The notes under the pieces were generated by a model. The model was not told the origin of the DNA, did not search any database, and saw only the letters and a list, made by a program, of their open reading frames with translations. A program made the position numbers and the translations under genes. This document shows, one piece after another, positions 41,073 through 54,581 of a DNA stretch of 64,000 nucleotides. Each line of letters begins with the position of its first letter. The stretch's first letter is position 1. This stretch comes from Octopus vulgaris (lineage: Eukaryota), in assembly GCA_951406725.2 (NCBI GenBank), contig OX597821.1:11594001-11658000 (forward strand), in the 5' to 3' direction.

Positions 41073-41243
41073 CATATATACGACGGGCTTATTTCAATTT
41101 CCGGCTACCACATCCGCTCACAAGGCTTTGGTCGGCCCGAGACTATAGTAGAAGACGTTTGCCCAATGTGCCATGCAGCGGGACTGAACACGGAAGTATG
41201 TGGTTGGTAAGCAACTTACTTGCCATACAGCCATTCCTGTGCC
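40795..41243 (-). mobile_element. Family A SINE
   Basis: Collinear with family A. Confidence 0.85.
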
Positions 41244-41533
41244 TATAAATTTGTATGTTCATCAACAATTACGTATGCAATATTTATGTATGGCTTTCTA
41301 TTGTCTGTATATTTTACAGAAGCATACAAAGGCTGCATAACACATAAACAAAGGGGTTTGTGTAAAGATTCTCAAAATAAACACTCATACATATGCGTAC
41401 ATACTTAAATATTTATATATATATACATATACTCACGCAAAAATACATCTATCCAAATACGGATACACCAATACGTGCATTAATGAATACATAATGCACA
41501 CACATATACAAATACAATTGTGTAAATATATAA

Positions 41534-41573
<40 letters not shown>

Positions 41574-41597
41574 ATATATAGATACATACATACAAAC

Positions 41598-41648
<51 letters not shown>

Positions 41649-42200
41649 GATACATACATACAAACATATATATATATAGATATATATATATATGTATATC
41701 CATATATGGATATACATATAGAATATCTGAGGGAATTGAAAAATATGTATTATGTATACATTAAGATGAAACGGTTATAATTATATGTTAATCATGAAAT
41801 AAAGTATTTGAATATTTGGCCAAAGAGGAGTTATTAACATAAAAAAAGAGGGAATGAAAGAATGAAAAAGAAAGAAGGAAAAAAGAGAAGAAAGAAAGAG
41901 AGAAGAAAAGAAAGTAAGAAGTAAAGAAAGATGGGGAGAATACCAATAACTGAGAAACAAATTCAGATTACTCTACGAATACAAACATTCTGACAACCAT
42001 GCATACTAGTGTGTGTGTATGGTTATTTTATTCTATATGTATGTATGCGTGTAAGTATGTATGTACACATATATGCGTTTCATATATGTGCATGTATCAT
42101 TTATATATAGGTATGTGAGCCTGAGAAAGAGATATGCAATTTTATGATGACTAAGAGCGATACGTGTGTAAGTGTATGTGTGTGAGCGTATGTGTGCATT

Positions 42201-42243
<43 letters not shown>

Positions 42244-43764
42244 GTACACATGTATATATATGTGTGTACAGTCACCGCCACACGCGCTCGTACATACACA
42301 CACGTCTACACAATCCCACATACACACAATTTTGTAAATAAAATGAAATATATTGATGTTTTCATAATTATAGAGATAAGCTATCTGCTCACGCACACCC
42401 CGCAAAGACACTCATACACACATATGTACAATTCTGTCTGCCTATGTGTAGTTATGTGTTCGTATACAGATGTGCGTGTATACATATATACACATCCACA
42501 TACAAATACACACACATACGCATATATATGTGTGTATGTACCCATTCATTTCCTGGTGTAGAAATTCAGCTCTGATGTTTCAGCGGTATTGTATCTAAAA
42601 TATTATTTATAAAACAATGTTCGATAAACGCTTATTCAGTTAAACCAGCCAATATATACATATATATGTATATATATTAACGTCTATATTATATGAAATG
42701 TTGATACAAATGTTCACTCCTATACACCCATCTGTCTTGCAGCTCTTTTGAAGTTTATCACTGCTATTATTAACTTAGTTTTGTTTTTCTTCTTTTGAAA
42801 CTTTGCCTGACCTGCGTATCATATGTGATACGCAGAGCATATTTTCTTAGCATCGATGCATCATATATGTTACATAGTCCCAATTTTCTTCATCCGCCAG
42901 AGTAACTTGGGACTTATTTAATGAAAGCTTTACATTACTCAGAATATACGAGACAAAAACTATTTAAAATTATGAAATCAAGCATGCGCGATAGGACAAA
43001 ATTGTGAAAATGCTGTTGACAGGTAAAGGTTTATTTGATAAAAATCTAAGCGCTAATTGTATTCCGGCATCAATGTTGACATCTGTTAGGCGTATACAAT
43101 CAATAATATTCTAATTATCTTCTCGAAATATATATTTGGAAATCAAAAATATGTTGAATAATTCATGTTATACGAATCCACGAGAGATAATCTATAAGTT
43201 CACGCACACCACAGACGAAAACTCGCTCATACGTACACATATATGTACATGTGTGATAATCATATTATCTCGCAGAAATTAGATGATAATTTAAAAGGTT
43301 ACATACATTTTAAAATTAAAATTGTAAAGAAGCTAATAGTTCGATTAAACCCAAAATTCTATGCACTAACATAATTTACTATGTATAATCTAATCTGGAA
43401 ACATTCCGTTAAATGGTATTCAAAGCTATACATACAACATACTTTATTTTCTGTTGCTTTTAACAAGCTATGTTGCTCATTGTGGCACGCTTTAACTTGC
43501 AACGACAAGCGGATAATATTTGTATATTCACGCTTCGTCATACACGTTCTCTCATTCTGAACATTGTTCACCTTACCTTGATTTTAACCAACAGACAAAA
43601 AGATGGCAAGATACCTTCACCGACCTTGTGACATTTTAATATTTTCAATCGTTTCTTTTATTGATCTCGCCGTTGTTTCTATATTTATAATTTGGAATGT
43701 CTGCTAATGTTATACCTGATAACTATTGATACCAGTGTATTGGACAATAGTTCCAGTAATTTTG

Positions 43765-44200
43765 GAGCGTTATATTAATACATCTGTTAGTTGTCTACAC
43801 TACCTGTTTTCGTCCTTTGTTTTGTGAATTCTCTCTACATACATACATACATACATACATACATACATACACATTAATAAATACATACATACATATATAT
43901 ACATATATACATACATACAAACAGACAGATAAAAACAGATGTATATATGATATATATATATATATATATATATATGTATTATATATTTATTAATGTATAT
44001 GTATGTATGTATGTATGTATGTAGAGAGAATTCACAAAAAAGGACGAAAACAGGTAGTGTAGACAACAAACAGATGTATTAATATAACGCTCGGGAAGGG
44101 TTAAAGTCTTTAACGTCTCGATCCTACGCTTTTCCACAGAAAGGTACACAGAAAGAAACAAGGCGAGAAAATTAAGAATGGGTAGTGGCTCGCAATAGAG
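43765..44200. mobile_element. Tail-to-tail inverted pair of the variant-HHR pseudo-LTR family around a microsatellite
   Basis: 43765-43836 is the reverse complement of 44023-44092; variant HHR at 44108-44143 (-). Confidence 0.75.
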
Positions 44201-44382
44201 TACATTCACACAGTTTCCGTCTACAAAATCCTTTCCTATTGGTCGAGCCAGGTTTATAATTGAAAATACCTACCTATAGGGGATGTTCTTTGAGAGTGAA
44301 ACCTAGACCATGTTGTTGCAAAGCGAACGTTTTAGAAGCCATGCTGTCTCTTCTATATATTTTTGTCATTTTATTTTGAAAT

Positions 44383-44640
44383 ATCCGGTTGGTAAGAAAG
44401 TCCGTTCGATTTTTTAAAAGGAATTAAGGCGCACGTTTTAAACACAAAACAATTTATTTACTCAATGATATAATTACTGTTTCTTTCCTGTATCTTGCAC
44501 CATTTCGGGGGACAGATCCATTATTCCCTGCTCATAGAATTTTTATGCCTTTAATTTGGTGATATTGGTGTACTGGCAAAGAAATATTCCTGATTAACTT
44601 TTACATCTTCTTCGGGTTTGAAGATTTGTCAACTAAATCT
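44383..44640 (-). pseudogene. mariner transposase C-terminal remnant
   Basis: Minus strand FYEQGIMDL / PKWCKIQERNSNYIIE* resembles the mariner FYxxGIxxLPxRWxKxxxxNGxY terminus. Confidence 0.65.
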
Positions 44641-44646
44641 TGCCTC

Positions 44647-44714
<68 letters not shown>

Positions 44715-44999
44715 TGTTATATATGTACTTGTGTGTGTATGTGTATGCGTACGCGTGTCTGTGCTAGCTTTGCATCGTTTGACATCAAGTGTAGGTTTCG
44801 TTCCCTGTCTGTAAAATAAACGGTTTGATTTATACAAAAAAAAAGTGGAATATAATAATTACAACATTTTAAAAAGAGAAAATACATTGTAGTCGAACTG
44901 ACTGACTAAAAAGCTTGAGACCGTACACCTGTATGACTGATGTGAAATGACCAACAAAAGTAATAGCATTAAAGAACAGAAACAGTTATTCGGAATTCA

Positions 45000-45570
45000 G
45001 TGGAAGGGGAGAAAAAGGGAATTAGAGAAGGATCGGGCTCCCCTTTCACCGTTTTCAGTCCCTCTCTACCCCTTTCTCTTTTTCTCTCCCCTCGTTGCTC
45101 ACATGTGACCATCTTCTATCTTTCTTTTTTCCACGTGACCATCTTCCTTTTATTGCACGGATGTTCAAAGGATTAGACGTTTTCTTTCACTTCTATCTTT
45201 TCTCTTTTCAAAGAAAATATTTCTCCCAGCATTTACTATTTTCCTCCACTCTGGTCTAACGACCTTCCATGTTTGTTTTCGTTCGGTTTCCCTATATGTC
45301 TCCACTGTCCTGTACTTGTTCCCAAATTTGACCCTCCATAAATCCCAAATTTTATTTTAGAATTTATGGGAGCAACTGTCTTTGAATACTCATATTGTCG
45401 TTGAATGCTCGAAAGGAGAAGATAGACAGCCGACAACTGATGAAGGGTCGTTCTCAGTGTATCCTTGTCCTGTTTATTTTCTCTCGTTGTTTGCGTATTT
45501 ATTTAACTCGTTTATTTTCGTATTTCATGTTGTTTACTCAGTTGGTGACGTGTTGTACCCATATATGCAT
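45000..45570 (+). mobile_element. Family F element with a short 5' inversion (45000-45033)
   Basis: Collinear with 4700-5215; 45000-45033 is the reverse complement of the family segment seen at ~4687-4717. Confidence 0.7.
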
Positions 45571-45866
45571 ATATATATATATATGATATTTATGGACTAA
45601 TGGGTATATGTCGATTATTTATGTTGACGTGTTGAGTAGAGAGCACTGCCAGTTTGGTCTACCTGGTGTAATCCGCATTTAGGGTATATATTCTGTTGGA
45701 TCTACTTCAGGAAATCTGCAGTGTTAGTTGACATGATTCTTACTGCAAAATAGATGCAACACAGCATGTTGCACGGGGTCCCACCTCTAAGGGGTGTATC
45801 GGAACGCTCGTCATACGAAATAAAACTAATACCATATCCATCTTCTTGTTACTTGTTACTTAATCA

Positions 45867-45913
<47 letters not shown>

Positions 45914-46006
45914 TGGAAGTTTTTAAACCATTGATCATGTGCAAGATACGTTTATATGCAAGTAGATTATTTCTCGAACATGTTCACTTATGTTTGATAA
46001 TATTTT

Positions 46007-46074
<68 letters not shown>

Positions 46075-46078
<4 letters not shown>

Positions 46079-46361
46079 CTAAATTTCTAAATCTCTCGTA
46101 GAGACATGTACGGTGGTGGGGCGATAGAATGGTTGTATACTGTCAATCTAACACGAACGTGACAGTAGGGGGTACACCACCGCTGTATAGCCCTAGGAAG
46201 CATCGACATTTTTCCCTGTGTCTTTATATACATTTAAATTTATATAAGGACACAGGGGAAAATGTGTCAAAGCCATCAGGAGGCGTCGATGCTTCCTAGG
46301 GCTATACAGCGGTGGTGTACCCCCCTACTGTCACGTTCGTGTTAGATTGACAGTATACAAC

Positions 46362-46369
<8 letters not shown>
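46075..46369 (+). mobile_element. Fold-back element in (TA)n (arms 46124-46229 / 46241-46369), no hammerhead, carries the shared motif
   Basis: Long inverted repeat; motif at 46264-46325. Confidence 0.8.
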
Positions 46370-46413
<44 letters not shown>

Positions 46414-47863
46414 CGCATTTGACATATAACTAACCAAGCTTATATGAACACGTGTTTTCTTAAAGTAGATACTGAAACAATCACCAATATTGAATAAAAT
46501 TCTACATTCACTAATGTTATTCTAATTGTACAAGTCTAAACAACTGAACTAGCATTGTCTGAAGTAGATTAAGTTAAAGCAATCCTTTTATTGGCCAGAT
46601 TATTTGATTCTGAAAACGACTGTTTTTTCAATGAAGATGAAAATTTCAATTAACATTTTTTGTTTCAGTGAAGAGCTGCGCCCACTTTACTATTAACAGC
46701 AGATGTCAATGGGTAAAGCCCCCTCGACGATCTTTGTTTGTCATCATTTCTTCTTTCCACAAGCTAATCTGCAAATACCATTGAAGAAGCCCTAACGCAT
46801 CCGCTCAACCTGCTGATAATAGTTGTCAAACTTTGCTAAACCGTAACCTATCAACTTGAAAGAATTAAAACACACTGCAGAATATATAGTTTATAATATG
46901 ATGGACTTCCTCGTCGATCTCAAAGTATGGGCGTCCAGTTACTCATCAACTGAATAAATTGAATTTAACAATGCAAATTAATATTCTACAGACTGTGCAC
47001 CCTTCTCTCACATGTCTGGTCATAATACATTGTTCAAATGTGCCGGTGTTCCTTACTGTAACAACCAGTCGGTCATAGTTCATTAACATCACCGATCCAT
47101 TAGGAGCGTAGTACCTATATCGGGTCATTTATTTTTCTTTTATTTCTGGCAAAACCATGAATAGATCTGAGATGGAGGTTGGAATCATTTCGATAAATCT
47201 CTAATTCCTGTGTGGAACAAAAGCGCGTAGCTATAATTTTAGGTGTTACGCTTTGATAATTTTAGGATAGCTTTTATTAGATGTCGATATTCTTTCATGG
47301 TTAAGACATCCTGTCTCAAACATATAGTTTGGGGGTTAATTTCAAATGCGTAGTACCTTGAGCAAGAACCTTTCGCTTCAGCTTCAGTTCAACAAGTTAC
47401 TTGTGAGCAAGATACTGTACGACAGACAATACTGTAATTACAGGTACTATTAATCCGATGGGCTTCTACATAATTTCCCTCTATCCAGATTTACTCACAA
47501 GGCTTGGTCATCCCTTCGTTTTAGTAAAAACCCTTGCTGAAGACGACACGCAGTAGTGTCGAATTCGGATTTTCATGGTTGTGAAGCAAAGTTCTTAACT
47601 TATCAGCCATAATGATACCCAGTCTTGATATAATGTAAGACATGACGACCATGCCTGGCTACAAAGCATTTTGTTATAATCATGCTGTAAAGCGTTTGAT
47701 ATATCAATATTTGCAAAAAACTTTTATAAGAAGACTTTTGATATTACACTCAACTACATCCATATTATCTTTTATAATTCATTTGTTTCAGTCATTAGGC
47801 TGCAGTTAAGGTGTACCAACATTTTGAAGGCTTTAGTAGAAACAATTCGATCATTAATTACTT

Positions 47864-49031
47864 TCAAGAAGCCTTTATTCTCCATAATCTAAAAATAGAA
47901 TTCCCTTTTATAGATGCAGGTTTATATAGGGATGACGGCCTTATAGCCACGCATAATCTAAACGGCCATGAATCAGATAAACTTAGGAAGGACTTCATAG
48001 CTTTCTTTCAAAGGATGGGCTTACGGGTTACGATAGATGCTAACCTGAATAGTGTAGATTTTTTAGACGTAAATTTTAATGTAAGATCGGATAGATTTAA
48101 ACCTTTCCGTAAGCCCAATGAAAAGCTATCGTATATTAGCAAAGATTCGAACTATCCACCAGTTATCCTTAGGAACTTAGTCAGCAATGTAGGTAGAAGA
48201 ATATCTTCAATTTCTTCGGACGAGGCAGCATTCCATAATGCTGCACCTTATTACGATAGCGCATTAAAGAATAGTGGATTCTCTGAGAAGATCCAGTTCA
48301 ACCAGCTTAATGCTGATAATAATGCTGCACGAAGAACTAGGACCAGGAAAGTTTTGTGGTTCAACCCGGCTTTCAATTTGGCCGTAAATACTAATATAGG
48401 TAAGGAATTTTTGAGATTAGTCTCTAAGCATTTTAAGCAGGGTCATAAATTATATAGAATTTTTAATAGAAGAACCCTGAAGGTTAGCTATTCTTGTTGC
48501 AGAAATTTTGCCTCTTACATTAGCCAACATAATAGGAAGCTAATTGAGATTAGACATGGTGCCGAGCCCATTAAGAAATGCAATTTCAAAAACGAAAGCT
48601 CCTGTCCATTAGAAGGGAAATGTCTAGTGAAAGGAGTAGTTTATAGAGCCAAGGTGCAAGTGGAAGGCTCATCAGAATACAAGACATACACAGGGGCTTC
48701 AGAAAATTCATTTAAAACAAGATTTTATTCTCATAAAAATTCATTTAAATACCCAGAGAATAGGAAGAGGACCAGCCTAGCAAAATATGTCTGGGAACTA
48801 AAAGAAAAGGAAGCCCCACCTTTCAACGTGACATGGAGCATTCTGGACAGGGCGGCACCATACAGGCATGGAGCTTACAAAAATAATTTCAAGTGCAAAC
48901 TTTGTCTATTAGAAAAAATGTACATCTTATTCAAAGACAATAATTCTTTGAATCAAAGAAGTGAGCTAATGAACTTATGTAGGCACGCGGCTAAATTTAA
49001 AATGTCGAATATAAATATACCATATGGATAG
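47864..49031 (+). CDS. Penelope-like element ORF, 5'-truncated: RT C-terminus, Cys-rich linker, GIY-YIG endonuclease
   Basis: LYRDDG catalytic motif, VDFLDV, RKP, CPLEGKC, GVVY...YTG...KTRFYSH, CKLCLLEK, LNQRSE..CRH; no stops over ~390 codons; the ORF-track start at 47811 lies in a degenerate SINE tail, so the true 5' boundary is approximate. Confidence 0.92.
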
Positions 49032-50120
49032 AGTATATATTTTGTATTTTTGATTTTTGAAATTTTGATTTTGACTCTTGAACGATGAGCGCTACGATGG
49101 ATTTTGTTTTCCAAGCTATGCGGATCTTAATCCGTATAGCAAAGTCTTATGTTTCTACATATACATCAGGAAAAACCTTCGACCCTGTTTTCAGGTTATT
49201 GTATTGTATAGGATTACCTTGATTATTTATATTACCTTGATTATTTATAAATGATCCAAAATAGGGTGTTATATTTTATTTTATATGTCTTTCGTATATA
49301 TTTTTATTAATGCACCCATTCTTTTAAAAAAAAGCAATGTTTTTTTCAAGAAAAGCAATGTTGTCAAAATTAAAATGTTGATGTAAGTATGTGTATAGCC
49401 GAGGATATGTATTTGTAAGCATGCGTATCTGTGTATGTGAAAGTGAGAGTATGTTTGTGCTTAAGCACACATATACACGACTGTATGTATCCATACGAAC
49501 TTGTTTGTATACTTGTCTCCATATATGCCAATAACGCCGTTACACAGATTGTATACATATTTTTTTCTTATTTCGTTTTTTTCCCCACCCCTCCTTCGTT
49601 CCTTTTTCTCTCTCTTCCTTTCTTTCGTCCCCCCCCCCCCTTACTCAGTATATGAGAATCGCTACATACATGATTTTTAACTTGCGTGCGAGATGGTTTT
49701 GCGTGAATATATGTACACATGCATTTATGTGTATATTTAGATTTATATTCATACGTCTGTATATGTATGGCGTTGGCGCGCATCCTTTTTGTGTATGTTG
49801 ATATATATATGCACATTTTAATAAAAATATGTATTGCAGTGTAATATTTATAACAGGTTTAATTCCTATGAATTAATTTATACTTTCTTCATTAACGTCA
49901 ATATGTATTTTATTCAATGTAAGGTTTTTTCCTCGGATTTTATAATTTTTTATAAGCTTTTTTATATATATATACATATATTTTTGACCTTTTTGTTTAT
50001 CGCTCGAAGATTGACCGTTTTTTTCGAAAGGGCCAATCAAACAAGTCCATTTCTTTTTAAAGGTGTAGCGTTTGTAAGAGTCTAGATTGAATTGATATAT
50101 CGGTTCCATTCTAGCAAAAA

Positions 50121-50158
50121 CTGTCTGATGAACGGCAACGAGAAACTCAGAGTAACAG
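50121..50158 (+). ncRNA. Minimal type I hammerhead ribozyme
   Basis: CUGU CUGAUGA ACG-GCAA-CGA GAA ACUC-A-GAGU A ACAG; intact core, GNRA-capped stem II (first pair A.A mismatch), GUA triplet. Confidence 0.85.
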
Positions 50159-50260
50159 ATTTTGTTGAATTTTCTGCTGCTTAAAATAAAGCATATTACT
50201 CTACCACTGGTATTTGAGTACTCTTTTTTCCACCTTGTTTCACATTTATGTGTTTACTCC

Positions 50261-50333
<73 letters not shown>

Positions 50334-52158
50334 AGGAGTGGTTGTGTGGTAAGTAGCTTGTTTACCAACCACATGGTTCCGGGTTCAGTCCCAATTTACA
50401 CAACAGCTAGAAATAGTTTCATGCTTTAGAGATAGTATAGATTGACTGATTTATATAACACGTCATGTGTCTCACTCAAATTTTCAGGCTCAGTTTATAC
50501 GTTAGATATATTTAGAAACAGGACAGTGGACTATGAGAAAGCATGAGGAAAAAAAAACGGAAAGAAAAAACGCTAAGAAAGTTGATGCAAATAGAGGAAT
50601 GAGAAGAATGTAAAGAAAAGAAAACCAAGATCTTCGTCCTGTTTATAGAAATCATAATTAATGTAACAGGTGTAGAATAATATAACTGAAAGGAAGCTAA
50701 AATCTGTGAGATAGCTACTCATCCCAGAGAGGGTAATGACATCCAGTTCGATAACAATAACCTGTCCATGTGCTTGTACAAGCTAAAAGTTTCGGATCTG
50801 GAAATACCGATCTTTCAGCTACGCATAAATTGCATCCATTTATATGTACCGTAGATTTCTCCACTATCCTTCACTGGATTGTATGTAGTGTGCAGTTTGT
50901 CATCATATCCCTTAGGTGGCTAATCAACTTAGTGGCTTTATTTTTATCAGTGTCGGAAAGAAGATGGGTGGTTTGCATTACGATTTTTAAATTGCCTTCG
51001 CATAAGCCGCATTATTTTTATTCTCAGTTGTGTTTTGTTGGACCACTGCTGTAATTTCGGCTTCCTAAACAACTGCGTTTATCAAACACATGAGCAAACG
51101 GGCAAGCTTCAAGGTCTCGTCACTTAAAACTGGGAGAGGGGCTCTTGGTGTGAATTACGAGGGATAATGTCCTTCATATTGGAGCAGCAGCTATGCAAAA
51201 ATATATGTGATAGGCTTCCACACAATTTCTGTCAACTAAATTTGCTTACAAGGCATTAGTTGACTTGTCAACCATTTGGTTGTAAAAGCGACTTGCCAAC
51301 CATTTGGTTGTGAAAGCGATCTTAACCACACAACGATGTCAAAGCCTGATTTCTAACATGTTGCTCTTGATATAGCTTAACCCAGAATCAATTTGCCATA
51401 GAAATACCTAAGAACATAGAAGTTTCATTTAAGACCATGCTATTATAAAATTATACATCATACTTTTTATGAATACATTTCCAATATATGCATTCCCATT
51501 TACAGTATTCCACAGTACAATTAGGAGATGTGTGAACCATTTTTAGTTATAAAATCAGTCGTGTAAGATGTTAATACTGAACACATTCTTATTGATATCG
51601 GCTTTGTATTTCACTAGTCATTATTAACGTTTTCTTTCGATGCAAATGTAAATCCCTCAATTCTCAATTTGTCGTTCTCTGATTCGTATATAAAACTATA
51701 GTCTTCGTAAATTTCAATCGATCTGCATGCCTCAGGGCAAACGACAACCCTAAAGTTTCTTAGATTTTTAATAATATTCCACTTAGAATTATGCAACTAC
51801 AATTAGAATAATTATACCATCATATAATTAAAATTAAAAGAAAACAACTAATATAAGGTTAAATGAAAATTGAAAGCAGTGAAAAGAGTAACAAAACAAC
51901 GATTTTCGAAATTTCACGCTCATTAAAGAACACAGCTTGTTTTGTGTCTAAAACGGTATTAATTAAAACTCCAAACATCTGCTCAAACGTGGCATTTCTA
52001 AACAATAAAATAAAATAGAAATAATATATACAATTATGAAAAATTTTCTAAAAAGGTGTTAGAATTAGTATTGGCCTTCTGCCAGAAATGGAAATGATGA
52101 TGATGATGATGGTGATGCCGACGACAGGGATGATGATGATCATGATGATAATAGTTAT

Positions 52159-52193
<35 letters not shown>

Positions 52194-53029
52194 TATGTAC
52201 AAAGAAGAAAGAAGGAAAAGATGATTTTTTAAAAAATCACTTCTAAATGTTAAAACATCGCTATTATTATAATAATTATTTTGGCTGTTGTTAGAATAAT
52301 ACTACTTACTACTAATAATAATGATAATAATCACAATAACAACAGCAAAAACAAAAACAATAATAAGAAATTAATGATGATGGTGGTGGTGGTGGTGGTG
52401 GTAGTGATGGTAGCGGTTGTGGTGGTTGTGGTGGTTGTGGTGGTGGTCGTCGTCAGCATTATATAGCAGTAGCAGTATCGATATTATTATTATTATTTTA
52501 TATTATAAAATTTGTAAAGAAAAATTTCTAACAAAAAAATAAGAAATGAAGAAATTTTATTAAAACTAAAGAAATATAAAAATAAAACGGTAAAACAGTA
52601 ACTATAGTAACAGCATCAGCATCAGCAACAACAACAACAACAACAACAACTGCAACAATAAAAATTGTGTAAGAAACTAAAAATGAAACAGTAATAACTA
52701 CCTTTATAAACCAATACCGACAACTGCAACAGTACCAAAATGAACACCACTGCAGTAAAGATACCAAGCGGGAAAAATTCAACACCGACAACAGTTACAG
52801 GAATTTTTGAATTTACAAATGCAACAGCCACAAAAGGAGAGAGAGAAAGAAGAAAGAAAAATTACAGCGGCAGCAACGGATGCAGTTATTGCAACAAAAA
52901 GTAACAACAATGCAAAGCAATGAAATCAGTTTCCACAAGTAATTACAAAACTGAATCGACTTCATCTACTGTAGTTTCAACATCAAAGTTTCAGTAGCGC
53001 AGCAAAGAATAATAAGCATTATAATTTCA

Positions 53030-53430
53030 AATTTTGACACAAGGGCAGCCATTTTTGTAGAGAGGATGAGTCGATTACCTCGACCCCAGCGTTTCACTGG
53101 TACTTAATTTAACAACCCCTAAAGGATGAAAGGTAAAGTCGACCTCGTAGAATTTGAACTCAGAACGTAGCGGCAGACGAAATACTGCTAAGTATTTCAC
53201 CCGGCATGCTAATGATTCTTATTTCTTTACTGCCCAAAAGGGGCACAGAGGGGACAAACAAGGACAGACAAACGGATTAAGTCGATTATATATAACTGGT
53301 ACTTATTTAATCGACCCCGAAAGGATGAAAGGCAAAGTCGACCTCGGTAGAATTTGAACTCAGAACGTAGCGGCTGACGAAATACCGTTAAGTATTTCGT
53401 CCGGCATGCTAACGATTCTACCAGCTCGCC
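53030..53430 (-). mobile_element. Two tandem family D SINEs
   Basis: Minus-strand head ggcgagctggtagaatcgttagc...gagttcaaattc plus gtcgactttgcctttcatcctttcggggtcga (recalls the MetaSINE domain; unverified). Confidence 0.8.
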
Positions 53431-53434
53431 ACAG

Positions 53435-53841
53435 TCAGTTGTCTAACTTTAACCAGTTGAGCATCTCCCTTAGTGGCTAAGGATATGTGCATCTCTGATC
53501 ACGAGTAGAAGTAGTGGGGAAACATCATAGCCATGTGCTGAGAGGAATACTTTGGAGATTGGATAGTTCACCTTTGGAAACATGGGTGTTTCGTTCAACA
53601 TCCTTAAACAACTCTTATTCAGGGACATTTTGAGTGGGATGGTCTACTCGACCTGAAGAAAATTCTAACTGCGTCCCACCTGCAAAGTCATGAGCTGTTT
53701 ATCTTGATATGAGACCACCACGTCGCGCGCATATGTTTATGATGTATATACCCTTATCAGACGAGTAGTCATGATGGGTATATTGGGTTTCGTATATTTT
53801 ACTCCAGTGTTACTTTGATGGCATGCACTACTGTCTCCTTC
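53435..53841 (+). mobile_element. Family G element (3' part) ending in (AAT)n
   Basis: Collinear with 12520-12913. Confidence 0.75.
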
Positions 53842-53883
53842 AATAATGATAATAATAATGATAATAATAATAATAATAATAAC

Positions 53884-53950
<67 letters not shown>

Positions 53951-53952
<2 letters not shown>

Positions 53953-54249
53953 GACCTGGAAATAGAGGTAACCAGAATGTGGAATCTAAAAACAGAAACA
54001 ATTCCTATCATAGTAGGTGCATTAGGTATGATAAAAAATATTCAGACAAATACATAAGAAAAACACCAGGACTTACAAACACATATAACATACAGAAAAT
54101 TGCACTACTAGGCACTGCACACATCCTACGCAGAACACTTTCCATACAATAACCATCAGAGCATCACAAAAAATCACAGCACATACCCAAGGCACACAGA
54201 GCTGCGCTCGGTAGTGAAGTGAAAGCACACTATAAAAATAAAACTACTG
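53951..54249 (+). mobile_element. R4/Dong-like 3' fragment
   Basis: KDLEIEVTRMWNLKTETIPIIVGALG / QKIALLGTAHILRRTL; (AAT)n on both sides. Confidence 0.85.
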
Positions 54250-54268
54250 AATAATAATAATAATATTA

Positions 54269-54332
<64 letters not shown>

Positions 54333-54334
54333 TG

Positions 54335-54394
<60 letters not shown>

Positions 54395-54430
54395 GTAATA
54401 ATAATAATGATGATTGATGATGATGATGAT

Positions 54431-54527
<97 letters not shown>

Positions 54528-54581
54528 GTAATAATAATAATAATAATAACAACAACAACAATACTAATAATAATAATAGTA

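Larger units (their letters stand above)
47864..50262 (+). mobile_element. PLE copy including long 3' region / pseudo-LTR ending at (TA)n
   Basis: ORF, then HHR (50121-50158), AATAAA (50185-50190) and (TA)n from 50263; continuity of 49032-50120 with the element is inferred. Confidence 0.7.

Noticed and set aside
42812-42835. 10-bp hairpin ctgcgtatca/tgatacgcag
   Set aside because: Isolated; no element boundaries could be defined
47811-47863. ORF-track start of the 406-aa protein
   Set aside because: GTG within a degenerate SINE tail; the PLE is 5'-truncated and lacks most of the RT
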